Origin: Octopus sinensis
Lineage: Eukaryota
DNA: 64,000 nt
NCBI RefSeq assembly: GCF_006345805.1
Contig: NC_043008.1
Coordinates: 51,770,001-51,834,000, forward strand
Direction of reading: 5' to 3'
This document shows positions 13,944-27,035 of the stretch, in pieces. How positions within the stretch are numbered: position 1 is the stretch's first letter; every line of letters starts with the position of its first letter. Position numbers and translations under genes: made by a program. A model generated the notes under the pieces. The model was given only the letters and a program-made list of their open reading frames with translations. It did no database searches and was not told the DNA's origin.

Positions 13944-14619
13944 GTAAGATTTCATTTAACAACTAAATCAACCACATGTAATCTCTCTAATGGGTACAGC
14001 TATTACAAGGGAGCAAATCATTTTGTAATAATTCAAAGCAGGCTTAGAAATTTGAAATTGAAATTAATGAAACTAAAAGAAATAGATGCATAGAATTCAT
14101 GTTTACTGTTTTGTTTACTTGATACAAATTTCTTAAAATTTTGAGTCATTTGGTAATCATGGATAGACTGTTTCGTTCCTTTGATAAATAATCTGTATGA
14201 CATGATGCCACATGAAGAACTTGTGTGGGATTTTGTGTTAGTTTCTGTGTAATCAATGAAAATAGTGAAGAAATAAAAGGGATCTTTTGTATGACTTTTC
14301 ATAAATTAACACTTCAGATTAGGGGTTGAGAATCTTGCTAGTATTAGGGGTGCATGTAAACCTGTGGATCACATTTCTGCTGTAAAGCTAAAAAGAAGCA
14401 ATGAATGTTAAATTTTTTAAATTCACAAGTATATATCTTAAATTACTGAATAGGTCTTAGAGTGTATGTACATATATACATGCATATATGTATATATATA
14501 TATTTATATAATATATATGTTAATAATATTAGGGAGTATAACTCCAAACTTACAGGGAAAAATTCAATTTAGTATTAAATCAAATTTCACAATTTATATA
14601 TATATATATATATATATAA

Positions 14620-17206
14620 ATTAGAGAAAAACCACTATTATGTAATTCAAACAATGATAGACGTAAATCATATCATATAGAAAAAATATAATTTAAGATA
14701 AAACATTTACCTAGATCACAATAAAGTACATGATAATAAATAAATAGTATATAATTAGTAAATAGACTAAATATGGTCATGCTGGAGCACCACCTTTATT
14801 CAAACAATTCAACCCTAGGACCCATTCTATGCAAGCCTGGTACTTATTCTAGCGGTCTCAATTTTTGAACCACTAAGTTAATTTAAAAAACTATAATTTA
14901 ATCAATATTCATTAATTGAATTATATGCTTATTAATTAAATAAAGATCTAAAATTAATCTAATTCCAAATATTAAATAAACCCTATACAAACTCATATTG
15001 ACATATATACAAAACACTACCATGAAACCAAAACTACATCACTAATAAAAAATTTATTTTATATATCAAATAAATATTCCTAAATAAATCCTCACAAATA
15101 AGTTAAACTTATTATATAAGTAAATTAATTTATGTCTAGATCTAATATTTCACTCATTAAGGGAATAAACAAAGTACTTATTATTATTATTAAATTAAAT
15201 AGTACATAAAAAAAATCTTATTACTACCTATTCAATAATATTTTACGTTACAAACTATTTCCCAAAGTAATTACACTTAATACTTTTAGATTTTAGTTCA
15301 CATATAATAATAATAATAATAATTAAATAAACATCTAATTTTAATCTAATTCTAACTATGTAATAAACCCTATAAAAACTCGTGTTGAATTATATTCAAA
15401 ACACTACTACAAAACTACAATCACAACACAATATTAATTTATTTATTTATTTAATAATAATTATTTAATTTAAACTTATTCAATTATGTAATATACAATA
15501 TACAATCACATGCTAACTTATAGAATTAATACTACTACAAATTATAACTACAACAAATGAGTAACAAAAATAGGGTTTAAATATACTCGCTATTTATCTA
15601 AAAACTTATATGAGTAAAGTAATTTATGTCTACATTTAATTTTATGCTCATCTAATAAATTAGTTAATTTATTATGATTATTAAATATTATTTCCTTAAA
15701 TTCACTAGTACATAATAAACAAGAATTACTACCTATACTATAAGATTTTGCCTTACAAACTATCTCCCAATTTAAATTATACTTAATACGTTTAGATTTA
15801 AGTTCCCATATATATTTACTAAGCCCAGTAGAATTAATTAAAATTCTATTCTTGAAGAAATTTATATGTTGAGCCACCCTTAATTTAATTTTATTTGAAG
15901 TCGACCCTATATAGATTGCGTTTAAGTTATAATCATTCATATTATTACCAATTAAAGTAACTATACATTTATAAACTACATCATGCAAATTACATTTATT
16001 ATTAAATTTACATTTATTTTTATCTCTACATGTACAATTAATTGTTTTGGTCTTTCACAACAATATCTGGTTTATTGGCCTTGATGGTTCGGTCTGTATG
16101 TACTGGAAAGTCCCACAGAATGGTTACATTTTCTCCTTCAGTTACAGCCTCAGGGTGGTGATTATACCACTTGTCGGCAGTTTTGATATTGTAATGCCGA
16201 CTTATTAGCCAGTGTAGATATTGGCCAACTCTGTCATGTCTTAATTTATACTCCACTGGTGCTAAGACTTTACATCCAGAGATTAGGTGGTCCACTGTTT
16301 CAATCATGTCGTTGCAGAATCGGCATTCTGGGTCTGCTCCATTTTTCATCACATTGGCCTGGTAGTTCCGGGTTAATAAGCTTTGATCTTGAGCAGCCAG
16401 GATGAAACCTTCGCTCTCTGCTTTTAGCCCTGAGCTCCGTAGCCACTGATGGGTTTGCTTCTGGTCAACATCAGCTTGTTTGCTGCGGGCCACATATTTG
16501 CCGTGCAGAGGTTTCTCCTCCCACCTATCAGCCAATTGCTCGTGCGCTTTTTTCGTTGCCATTATTTTCACCTTCTTTGCAACAATAGTTGCCGTACTTC
16601 CCTCGGGTTGTTCAGTTTGGGTATCCTGCACGAGATCAATAGCAAATTTTTATTTTTTCTTCGATTATTATTCTTATGATTTGTATTATTGTAATATCTA
16701 TTTTTAAGAACATAATTATCTAAGTAAAACTTATCATAATTTTTAACATTATGTTTATTATAATCTTTTATATTATAATTACAACTATTATTATTAAAGA
16801 ATTTGATATTATTATTATATCCTGCCTTTCGCAGGGCTTCATTATAATAAGGTGCATGTTCATTGAAAATCTTTAAATGATAACAGAGTAATGATATTCT
16901 TTTACCAATGTTATTCATCAGCGATTTTTAATTGAGAGTGGGTGATTACTATTAGCATTTATATATCTAAGGTTTCCATTAAATTTGTGATATGGTTGGG
17001 TTTTACCCGTTATTAAATTCAAATTAACATCTAAATAATTAATATTATAGTTCTCCTTATATATAGTAATACTTAATCCATATCTTTTAAAGAAACTATA
17101 TAGTTTCTTCTTATATAATTCAAGTGTTCTATTGGCGCAATTCTTAGTAATAAAAGATCATCCCTATATAAACCACCCTCCAACTTAAAATTTTCTAATT
17201 GAAGTT
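14620..17206 (-). mobile_element. Penelope-like element (RT C-terminal part + GIY-YIG endonuclease + 3' repeats), 5'-truncated
   Basis: GLYRDD near 17160; GIY-YIG ORF 15590-15988 IYIGSTSNKIKLRVAQH...GLSKYIWELK...NWEIV..CLLCTSE; highly similar to + copy at 20790-23100. Confidence 0.85.
16039..16648 (-). mobile_element. Internal fragment of an R4/Dong-clade non-LTR element (CCHC finger + start of REL endonuclease) nested in Penelope
   Basis: KPLHGKY, ESEGFILAAQDQSL.TRNY, CRFC...ETVDHLISGC, RHD.V, ILWDF...ANKPDIVV. Confidence 0.85.
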
Positions 17207-17228
17207 CAGTACATATATATATATATAT

Positions 17229-19985
17229 CGGACATAGAAGGCAGCTGGAAATTCCTACGGGACAGCTTGCTGAGTGCCACAGACCAAATCTGTGGATGGT
17301 GCAAAGTTCCTTCCAGACCTAGAGTTACGTGGTGGTGGAATAGTGCAGTAGACAAAGCCATTAGTTCAAAGAAACAGGCCTGGAGAGCCTGGAGGGATGG
17401 GGGTAGCAGGGAACCATACCAAGTAGCCAAAAGGGAGGCCGGGCGGCAGGTATACATAGCCAAAGATATAGCAGAAAAGAAGAAGTTTGCCAATGTCCAG
17501 CGACGTAAAGGAGCAAAGAACTGAGGTATTTCGTATTGCTAGACAGTGTGTGAGAGAAAATAGTGATGTTACAGGAGAGAAATGTGTCCGCATGGATGAT
17601 GGGGCACTTGCTTTTAATGTTGGTGAAAAGAAAGAGGCTTGGAGAAGCCATTATGAAAGACTGCTGAATGTGGAGAATGAATGGGAGGAGGAGAGCCTGC
17701 CAAATGTTGACCCAGTAGAGGGACCAGCTATCCAAATAGACAGCTCCCTTGTAGTTAAGGCAATTAAGGATATGAAACCAGGTAAAGCCCCCGGCCCATC
17801 AGGTATCACTGCTGAGATGCTTAAAACAGCTGGTTATGTGGGCTATGGCCTAGTCACCCGTATTGTTAACCAGGTAGTTCATAATGGAGTCATACCCAAT
17901 GACTGGCATAGCAGCACCATAGTCAACTGCTACAAGGGTAAGGGTGATGCTCTAGATAGAAATAACTACAGGGGTATTAAACTGTTGGATCAGGTGATGA
18001 AAGCCACAGAGAGGGTCATAACCCATCTCATTAGGGAGAGAATTTGCTTAGATGAGATGCAGTTCGGTTTTGTGCCGGGTAGAAGCACCACTGATGCTAT
18101 ATTCCTGGTCCGACAACAGCAAGAGAAGTACCTAGCTAAAGATAAACCCCTCTACATAGCTTTTGTGGACTTGGAGAAAGCCTTTGACAGGGTCCCCGAT
18201 CCCTTATCTGGTGGTCGATGCGTAAACTGGAGATTGACGAATGGCTAATAAGGGCTGTACAGGCTCTATACAGAGAGGCTGTCAGCAAGGTTAGGATTGG
18301 TAACGAATATAGTGAAGAATTCCGGGTAGAAGTAGGTGTACACCAGGGCTCAGCCCTCAGTCCCCTTTTATTCATCATAGTCCTCCAGGCAATAACAGAG
18401 GAATTCAAAACAGGTTGCCCCTGGGAGCTCCTCTATGCTGATGACCTGGCCCTCATAGCAGAATCACTACCGGAACTAAAAAATAAATTTTAGGTGTGGA
18501 AACAAGGGTTAGAATCAAAGGGCCTTAGAGTAAATGTAGCGAAGACCAAAGTTATAGTATGCAGAAAGGCGAACTCAGCACACACCCCATCGGGCAGGTG
18601 GCCCTGCTCGAGTTGTAGGAAAGGTGTAGGTAGAAACTCCATAAGATGCACCCAGTGTAAGCTATGGATGCATAAGAGGTGCAGCAACATCAAAGGGAAT
18701 GTAAACTGATAAGATAGCTTTCATGTGCGGCAGATGCACAGGGACAATAGACACCACAAATACTCAGAAAACAGATTCCATCACACTCCAGGGGGAGAAA
18801 CTAGAAGTAGTTGATAGTTTCCGCTACCTGGGTGACCAAGTTAGTAGTGGAGGTGGATGCTCAGAGAGTGTCACCACTAGAATACGAATAGCCTGGGCAA
18901 AGTTTAGAAAGCTCCTACCCCTACTGGCGACAAAGGGTCTCTCACTCAGAGTGAAAGGTAGATTGTATGATGCATGTGTGCGAACTGCCATGCTTCACGG
19001 CAGTGGAACATGGGCCGTGACTGCAGAGGACATGCGTAGACTTGAAAGAAATGAAGCTAGCATGATCCGCTGGATGTGTAATGTCAGTGTGAATGCACGA
19101 CAGAGTGTAAGCATCCTGAGAGAAATGCTAGGCATAAGAAGCATCAGATGCGGTGTGCAAGAGCGACGCTTGCGATGGTATGGTCATGTACTGCGGATGG
19201 ATGAGGAGAGATGTGTGAAGAAGTGCCACTCTCAAACAGTTGAAGGAATCAGGGGGAGAGGTAGACCCAGGAAGACATGGGATGAGGTAGTCAAGCATGA
19301 CCTCAGAGCGTTGGGCCTCAGTGAGGCATTGGCGAAGGACCGGGATCTCTGGAGATGTGCTGTGACTACTAAGACCCGGGATGCTTCCGGCACCAGTTCT
19401 GCATACCCCCTGCCCATTCAAAGTACCTTGGATCCCGGAACATCTCGCTGTGCTTGAGGAGACCTGTCGAGTCAAGTGCATGTACATGAACATCGAACCA
19501 AATATCAATGGAAACAGTAGTTGTGATACCTGTGCCGGTGACACATAAAAAGCCCCATCTGAACGTGGCCGTTGCCAGTGCCGCCTCGACTGGCTTCTGT
19601 GCCGGTGGCACATAAAAAGCACCATCCGAACGTGACCGATGCCAACCCTGCCTCGAATGGCTTCTGTGCTGGTGGCACATAATAAGCACCATCCGAACGT
19701 GGCCGATGCCAGCACCACCTCGACTGGCTTCTGTGCCGGTGGCACATAATAAGCACCAACCGATCGTGGCCGATGCCAGACCCCTCTGGCACCTGTGCAG
19801 GTGGCACGTAAAAAGCACCCACTACACTCGCAGAGTGGTTGGCGTTAGGAAGGGCATCCAGCTGTAGAAACACTGCCAGATCAGACTGGAGCCTGGAGCA
19901 GCCCCTGGCTCCCCAGACCCCGGTCGAACCGTCCAACCCGTGCTAGCGCGGAAAACGGACGTTAAACGATGATGATGATGATGAT

Positions 19986-19987
<2 letters not shown>
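17229..19987 (+). mobile_element. RTE-clade LINE, 5'-truncated, with frameshifts/stops, flanked by (TA)n
   Basis: KAPGPSGI, NYRGIKLL, QFGFVPGRSTTDAIF, FVDLEKAFDRVP, GVHQGSALSPLLF, LLYADDL, RLRWYGHV, GRPRKTW; (GAT)n tail. Confidence 0.95.
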
Positions 19988-20035
<48 letters not shown>

Positions 20036-20321
20036 TTTTTGCGTAATAAGACAAAAAAAAAAGGCTGCATAGATATTAGACCATTTATAGATAGAAGGTC
20101 TTACAGCTGTTTCTAGAATATTAATTAATAATAATCCCTTCACCGGAGAATGTGTGAGAGGAAAAGTTAAGTAATAGTTAGTTTCGATGTGATATAAATA
20201 GAGAGTGAGGTGGAGGAAATATATATATATATATAAATCAGAAATGGAAAAGCAAAATAAATTGGACAATTATAAATTCAATTCAATTTCAATATTTTAT
20301 AGAAAACAAATGGCACATCTC

Positions 20322-20416
20322 ATAAACTACAGCTGTTTCCACTTCATTAATAAAACGATGTTTTACAAGAATAATCAAATCCGTTTAACTATGTAATGAT
20401 GCTTCATCAGATTGAC
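20322..20416 (-). ncRNA. Degenerate minimal type I hammerhead ribozyme (Penelope pLTR-type)
   Basis: Minus strand CTGATGA...long imperfect stem II...GAAAC-AGCT-GTA; weak stem I. A second, more decayed copy (CCGGTGA..GAAACAGCTGTA) at 20098-20150. Confidence 0.5.
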
Positions 20417-20789
20417 ATATCTTTTTAACTATTTGACAAAAAATATCAAATGAAAATATTTTTAATTTTAAAAATCTTTACAAAGATGCTATATAAGAGC
20501 GAGCTTGATCGTAAATAAGTAAATGATCTAACTAAAATTTTTATATATTCATAACTTTAAATCTAAAATAATTCTGTCCTATAACTAATTTATTTGCACA
20601 ATACAGACGCTTATGTATACACATATTTATATATACTTATATATACACACATATACCTATCATTTATGTATGCATACATACAGACATATGTACGTATACA
20701 CAGATGCATATACACATACACAAGTTTAGTTATTCATCTATATAATAATAGTGGGGAATATAACAGGCACAATGAATATTTAAGAAATC

Positions 20790-23100
20790 TAGCTATTGGA
20801 ATAAAAGAAATGTGAAATATGGAAGGAATTATAGTACAATCAGTTAAAATTAAGAACCTGTATAAATTAGATGTTAAATTATATGATAATCTATTAGAGA
20901 AATATATAGATAAATAATGTAAAATTGTTCCTGAAAATACTCTTTATAATATAAATAATGTCTCTAAATTAATCATGATGAAATATGAGTTAGATAATAA
21001 AACTGAACCTTATATACCTATGCACCCTAGAATTACTTTAAAAAATCATAAAGATAATTTTTATTCTGACCCAAAAGTTAGACATGTTTGTCCATGTAAA
21101 TCAGCTCTAGGTAAATTAAGATTATTTTAGATAAATAAATTAATAGATTAAATGAACTTAATTATCTAAAACTTTGGAGTAGTACTAATGATACTTTAAA
21201 ATGGTTTAATAATACTAAAAATAAAAATAGATATAAATTCATTCAAATAGATATAGATAATTATTATTCTTCTATAAATGAGATTGTACTCAATAAGGCC
21301 CTAATTTTTGCAAAGAATAAGGTTGGAATGACTTATGATGAAAATGTAGTTAAAGAGGCTAGGGAATCGTTGATTAGATATAATAATAAAGTGTGGGCTA
21401 GGAAGGATACTAGAGACTATTTTGATATACCTATGGGGGCCCCCGATCCTGCCCAGGTAACTGATTTAGTAGGTATTTAATTATTATCAGAACTTCAATT
21501 AGAAAAATTAAAGTTGGAGGGTGTATTATATAGGGATGAACTTTTATTAAGAATTGCACCAATAGAACACTAGAATTATATAAGAAGAAACTATATGTTT
21601 TTTTTTTAAAGATACAGATTAGGTATTACTATATATAAAGAGAACTATAATTTTAATTAGTTAGATGCTAATTTTAATTTAATAACAGGTAAAACCCGAA
21701 CATTCCATAAAATTAATGAAAACCTTAGATATATTAATGCTAATAGTAATCACCCACCCTCAATTAAGAAATCGTTGATAGATAATATAGGTAAAAGAAT
21801 ATCGATGCTTTCTTCTAATTTTGAGATTTTCCAAAAACACATCTTATTATAATGAAGCCTTGCAGGAGGCAGGATATAATATTAGTATTAAATTCTTCAA
21901 TAATTATAAATATAATCATAATATAAAAGTTTATAATATAATAATTTCTATGATATTTATAATAATAAACCTAATATTAAGAATTATGAAAAGTTTTATT
22001 TAGGTAACTATGGTTTTAATAATAGGTATTATGATAATACAAAAAATGAATATAATAATAGACTAAAAGATAAGAATAAATTTAATTTGCTTAATGATAA
22101 TTATAAATATAATAATATAATAAATAAAAAATAATGTTAATAATAAGAACAAAATTTGGTTAATTATTCTTTATAGGGCTCAAGTTAAAACAAACTTTAT
22201 TAAAGAAATATTAAAACTAATTGAAGTATTCATTATAGATAATAAAAAATAACATTCTTTTCTAGTAATAATTTTGGAATTGGTTATTCTAATACAAAGA
22301 ATGCTGGTAACATTATTTCTTCTTTTAATAGATTTAAGCTTAATAAGTTTTACAGTAACATGCTAAATAATTATTCTAATAATAATAAAGACCAGAGTAT
22401 AATTAATTATACATGTAGAGATAAGACAAAATGTAAATTTTAAAGTAAATGTAATTTGGATGTTATGTTACTTGATTGATATATTAATACAAATAGTTAT
22501 AATTTAAATGCGATTTACGTGGGGTCAACTTCTAATAAATTAAATTAAGGGTGGCTCAACACATGCATTCATTTGAGAATAAAACATTGATTAATTCTAC
22601 TGTCCTTAGCAAATGTATATGGAAATTGAAATCTAAAGGAATTAAGTATATTTTAAATTGGGAGATAGTTTGTAAAGCTAAATCTTATCGAATAGGTAAT
22701 GATTTTGTTTACTATGTACAAATGAATTTATGGAGATATTACTATCTAATAATATAAAATTGTTTAATTACCAAGATGAGAGAAAAATTAAATGTAGACA
22801 TAAGTTAAATTACTTATATAGTAAGTTTAGCTAATTTGTGTATGTATATATTTAACCACGATTTATGTTACTAATTTTTGTAGTTATAATTTGTAGTAGT
22901 ATAATGAGTATAAATTAACAGTAGATTTTGTAGTGTATATAACATAAGTAGAATAAGATTAAACCAAAGTGTTTATAAAATAAATAAATAAATTGATGAA
23001 TATAGATTAAGTTATCGAAATTTAGTTTGTTTTACGTATTTTACGTATTTTAGTTTTAAATTATTCTTCACTGATGAGAATGACAATGTACAATTTTTAT
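20790..23100 (+). mobile_element. Penelope-like element pseudogene (RT + GIY-YIG)
   Basis: FIQIDIDNYYSSI, DIPMGAPDPAQVTDLVG, LYRDE, SNHPPSIKK, IYVGSTS..RVAQHMHSF...IWKLK...NWEIV. Confidence 0.85.
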
Positions 23101-23231
23101 AATAGTAATACTAATTAATTATTATTTTTTACATATTTGTATTGTCTTTTTTTCTTTGGGGGGGGATCCTTCAAAACGTTTGAATTGTTCTTTTTGAACT
23201 TATTTTTTCATACACACACACTACACACATA

Positions 23232-23267
<36 letters not shown>

Positions 23268-23810
23268 CTTTTTACAATTTACATACATACACAATTCATG
23301 CACACATGTATCTATTTATGTTAGAACATTATTTCATACATACTAATTTAAAACTAGGTATTTTTAATTTGACTATTAGAATGCAAGGGAGATTTTTCCG
23401 TTTATAGAAACAAAGCGAAAAACAAAATCAATTCAAAACGGTCAACAAAAAAAAAATATTTACATATGATTGATTGATTGATTCTAGTTTCAGCTTATGA
23501 GCTGTGGCCATGCTGGGGCACCGCCATTTATATATTCATACATACAACAAAAACAAAGTAATACAATGCAAACGAAATGCCCCACATATTAACAATGATC
23601 CAAAACAACAAATTAAATAAGATAAATATGCTATATCTACATATATACCCCATTATTTCTTTACTCACATACATATGTATATCTATACTAATGAAACAAA
23701 ACAAAAACGAAACCAACTCTATATGGACATGGAAAAATAAATTGTGTATATACATCAAAACCAAAATGATACCAATATAAAACAATTTATATATATATAT
23801 ATATATATAT

Positions 23811-24152
23811 ATAAAGTGGTGGTTTGTTGCCAACTGAATATGGCAGTCCCAGGAAAGGGAAGAATGCTACTGCTATTTAGGCGCAGGAAACATCGTTTCC
23901 AGTTGGCTATGTGACACAAGCATTGTGTGTCCTTAAATTTTCAAACAGGGGAGATAAGCACCTCCACCCAGCAAAGCCCACTTTCAGAGACTAGTTTCAG
24001 AATCATTGCTCTTCATCAGTCTGGAGTTGCTTGGCTTGCTAGCTGTCAATGCTTATTCACATTTGAAGTTTCCTGGGGCTAAATAGCAGTAACAATCTTC
24101 CCTTTCCTGGGACTGCCACATTAAGTTGGCAACAAACAAACCATCACTTTAT
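23811..24152. repeat. Fold-back element: ~85-bp inverted arms (23811-23894 / 24066-24152) around a hammerhead-containing spacer
   Basis: TTTGTTGCCAACT..TGGCAGTCCCAGGAAAGGGAAGA..CTGCTATTTAG matches its reverse complement on the right arm. Confidence 0.85.
23984..24024 (-). ncRNA. Minimal type I hammerhead ribozyme
   Basis: Minus: CAGA-CTGATGA-AGAG(caatga)TTCT-GAAAC-TA-GTC^TCTG; intact core, palindromic ACTAGT stem III, GUC triplet, stem I extendable with bulges. Confidence 0.75.
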
Positions 24153-24199
24153 TGTGCTGCTACTGTATAAGTCTCTCTGAGAGATTTAGAAATGCAATA

Positions 24200-24244
<45 letters not shown>

Positions 24245-24843
24245 TGAAGTTGGTAGAACTATTGATCTTGCAAGTGCTAGTGACAAACGTTATGGAATTT
24301 GAAAGCAGGTGAAATTTCTCTATACCTATTTTATATAGGACCAGATGTACTGGGCTAGCAACAGGATATGCAAACAAGGCTCCAGTGTATTGAGACAGAC
24401 TGTTAGAAGTAAGTGTTAGGTTCTGCCATCTTAGCTAAGCAACATACAAATAATTGAGCCTAAGCTAGTAATAACATCAGAGCTAAGGTTAGATGAGGGA
24501 GTCAAAGATATTTCAAGAACTACTCTTTAAGCATTTAAGTACAACAATCAAAGGCATTAGTCAACCTGAAGGTAAAGCAAAAGACATATGCCCAAGGTGA
24601 CACATGGGGGGATTGAACTTAATGTCACTTGATTCCAAACCACACTTCTTAACAACATAGCCATGTCAACATTTATTAATTAGACCAATTAAAATGTCTT
24701 CATATTAATTATATATTAGTGTCCATTTTACATTGGAAATAAATATTATCACTCAGTCTTGAATGGAAGTTCACAGATAAATTCTTCAGTTACCGTATTT
24801 TAATAGAAAAAGTTTTAATTTTGAAAATAATGAAGAATATATT

Positions 24844-25036
24844 CTTTTCTACTCAAGGCACAAGGCCCGAAATTTTTTGAGAGGGGGCCAGTCGATTAGA
24901 TTGACCCCAGTATGCAACTGATACATAATTTTTTGATGAAAGGCAAAGTTGACCTCAGTAGAATTTGAACTCAGAACATAAAGACACAAAATACCACTAA
25001 GCATTTCACCTGGCATGCTAACATTTCTGCCAGCTC
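24844..25036 (-). mobile_element. tRNA-derived SINE inserted in a MITE, 15-bp TSD
   Basis: TSD AATGAAGAATATATT at 24829-24843 and 25037-25051; GAGCTGGCAGAA head, GAGTTCAAATTC B-box. Confidence 0.85.
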
Positions 25037-26215
25037 AATGAAGAATATATTAAAATGACTTTGTGGTTATTAAAATGATTTTTGAAACATAAATTAACAT
25101 TGAATTTTATTCGAAGGTTTTAATTTCAATCACTTTAAAACTGGAGTTTTGTATGATAGAACTAGGCGTGATATTGAGAGAGTTGGTATCAAAATAGTTA
25201 AGGAGGTAGTTGAAGGTATAGTAGCTAATGTAGTTTTGAGAGATAATGAGGTGTACAGCTTAAGTAATCCAAAAGATTGAAACAATCAACCATCCCAACA
25301 AATTCTACAGGTTTTCTGCAAACTGAGCCTTTGGATATTTTATTGGTCTCAAGATATTTATGAGTGTGCATGAAATGACAATGTAATGTCATAGAGTGCA
25401 GACTTGGTAACACTGTGTGTGTGTGTGTGAGCGAGTACACATACACACACACATTGTCTGTTTCCATGCTGGCATGGGTTGGACAGTTTGACATGGGCTG
25501 GTGAGCCAGAGGACTGCACCAAGCTCCAGTTGTCTGTTTTGGCAGGGTTTCTATTGCTAGATGACTTCCTAATGCCAACCATTTTACAGAGTGTATTGAG
25601 TGCTTTTCCCATGGCACCAACACCAGTGAGGTTACTGAAGAATTTGTATCCCAAAAACCCCTCAACTGGGAGGGAGAGTGATATTGAGAGAGGTGGCTTT
25701 GTGCCAGACGATGAGGGTTACCCCAGTCTGTGGGAAAGAGAGAGAGATGGTGGCAACGTGCCAGTGTGTGCCTCTAGATATTAGGAGATGAATGTAAATG
25801 GGGTAGAAGAGAGGACTGGATTGGGATAGTGAGCAAACAGTTCATGAGAGTGCAAAAGAGATGAAGGGAGGAGAACGGGGATGCAGTGAGTGGTGAGACA
25901 CAAGTATATAGGGGACCAGCAGGATAGCAATGATACAGCTGGCTGAGGGAAGACAGATGAGATAGATGACAGAGCAGAATTGGATGGTAGGAGTGATAGG
26001 GAGTGAAAGTATAGTGCATGAAGAGATGAAGTTTGGTTCATTGGGGTGGAGTTTAAGAATTAATGTTGAGTATGGGCAGAATAACACAGAGTGCTTCCAG
26101 AATTCAGTTTTGTTTTGCTGGATGAGTCTTCTCAACAACCTCATATTGCCATACACCTTGGTCCATTGTCATCTCCTCACTACTTTCTCACAGGATTTGC
26201 AAATAACATTCGCTA

Positions 26216-26521
26216 TCTTTATATATAAAACTAAAGTTGTGTGTGTGTGTGTCTGTCTACTCCGATTTAGATTCCTAACTACTCCCACATTTTGCGGTGC
26301 AGTTTAACCAAAAGCGGGTATCTTATAGTCGTGATTCATATCGAGCCCTTCTGGGTATTAGCGCGCGTCTACGATGAGTCTATGATTTAAAAAAAAAATT
26401 ACCATCATTTTTCCGCATTTTAATGATTTTTACTCTGGTTATATAAGGGAAGTAACTCTCTAAAAATGCTTATATAGTTATTTCCCTTACAAACCCGAGC
26501 AACGCCGGGCGATACTGCTAG
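26216..26521 (+). mobile_element. Non-autonomous Helitron
   Basis: 5' TC(TTTATATATAAAA) after host A, subterminal hairpin CCCGAGCAACGCCGGG (26494-26509), 3' CTAG followed by host T, no TSD. Confidence 0.85.
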
Positions 26522-27035
26522 TTTAATTTATAGTTAATCATCAATCATCCATCACCAAGTGGTGAACACAATAATTGTTTTCCTGAGTGGTGGCAATTGC
26601 AAATCATTCAGACATTGAGCCATCTTCAAGACTATCTCTTCCCCTCAGATGCTCACTTTTGCACTCTCATTAAAGCTGGAGCATTATCCATTAATGTAGC
26701 AATCATGTCTGTATGACAGTTCTTGGGGTCTAATCACTTTTTCTACAAATACTTGATAATACCACGATGCCAGACTTTGTCCCTTTCCAAGAGAAGTGGC
26801 AAGCTCTTACGTTTGAAGTCTTCCTTGAACAGTCAGATGTCAGTTTCGATGGAAAGAAACTATTTCTTTATTAATAGGAAGATTTGAAATTAATGCATGC
26901 AAGATTTCACAACTGTAGCATCTCTCCTTCATACACAGCCTATGAACTTTTCAGACCACCCTGATAGTAGAAGACACATGGCAAAGGTGCCATACAGTGG
27001 GAATGAATCCCAAACCATGCAGTTGGCAAGCAAAC

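Noticed and set aside
19540-19820. Regularly spaced repeats that look like a CRISPR array
   Set aside because: The intervening sequences are similar to each other, the units belong to the RTE 3' UTR, the context is eukaryotic and there are no cas genes
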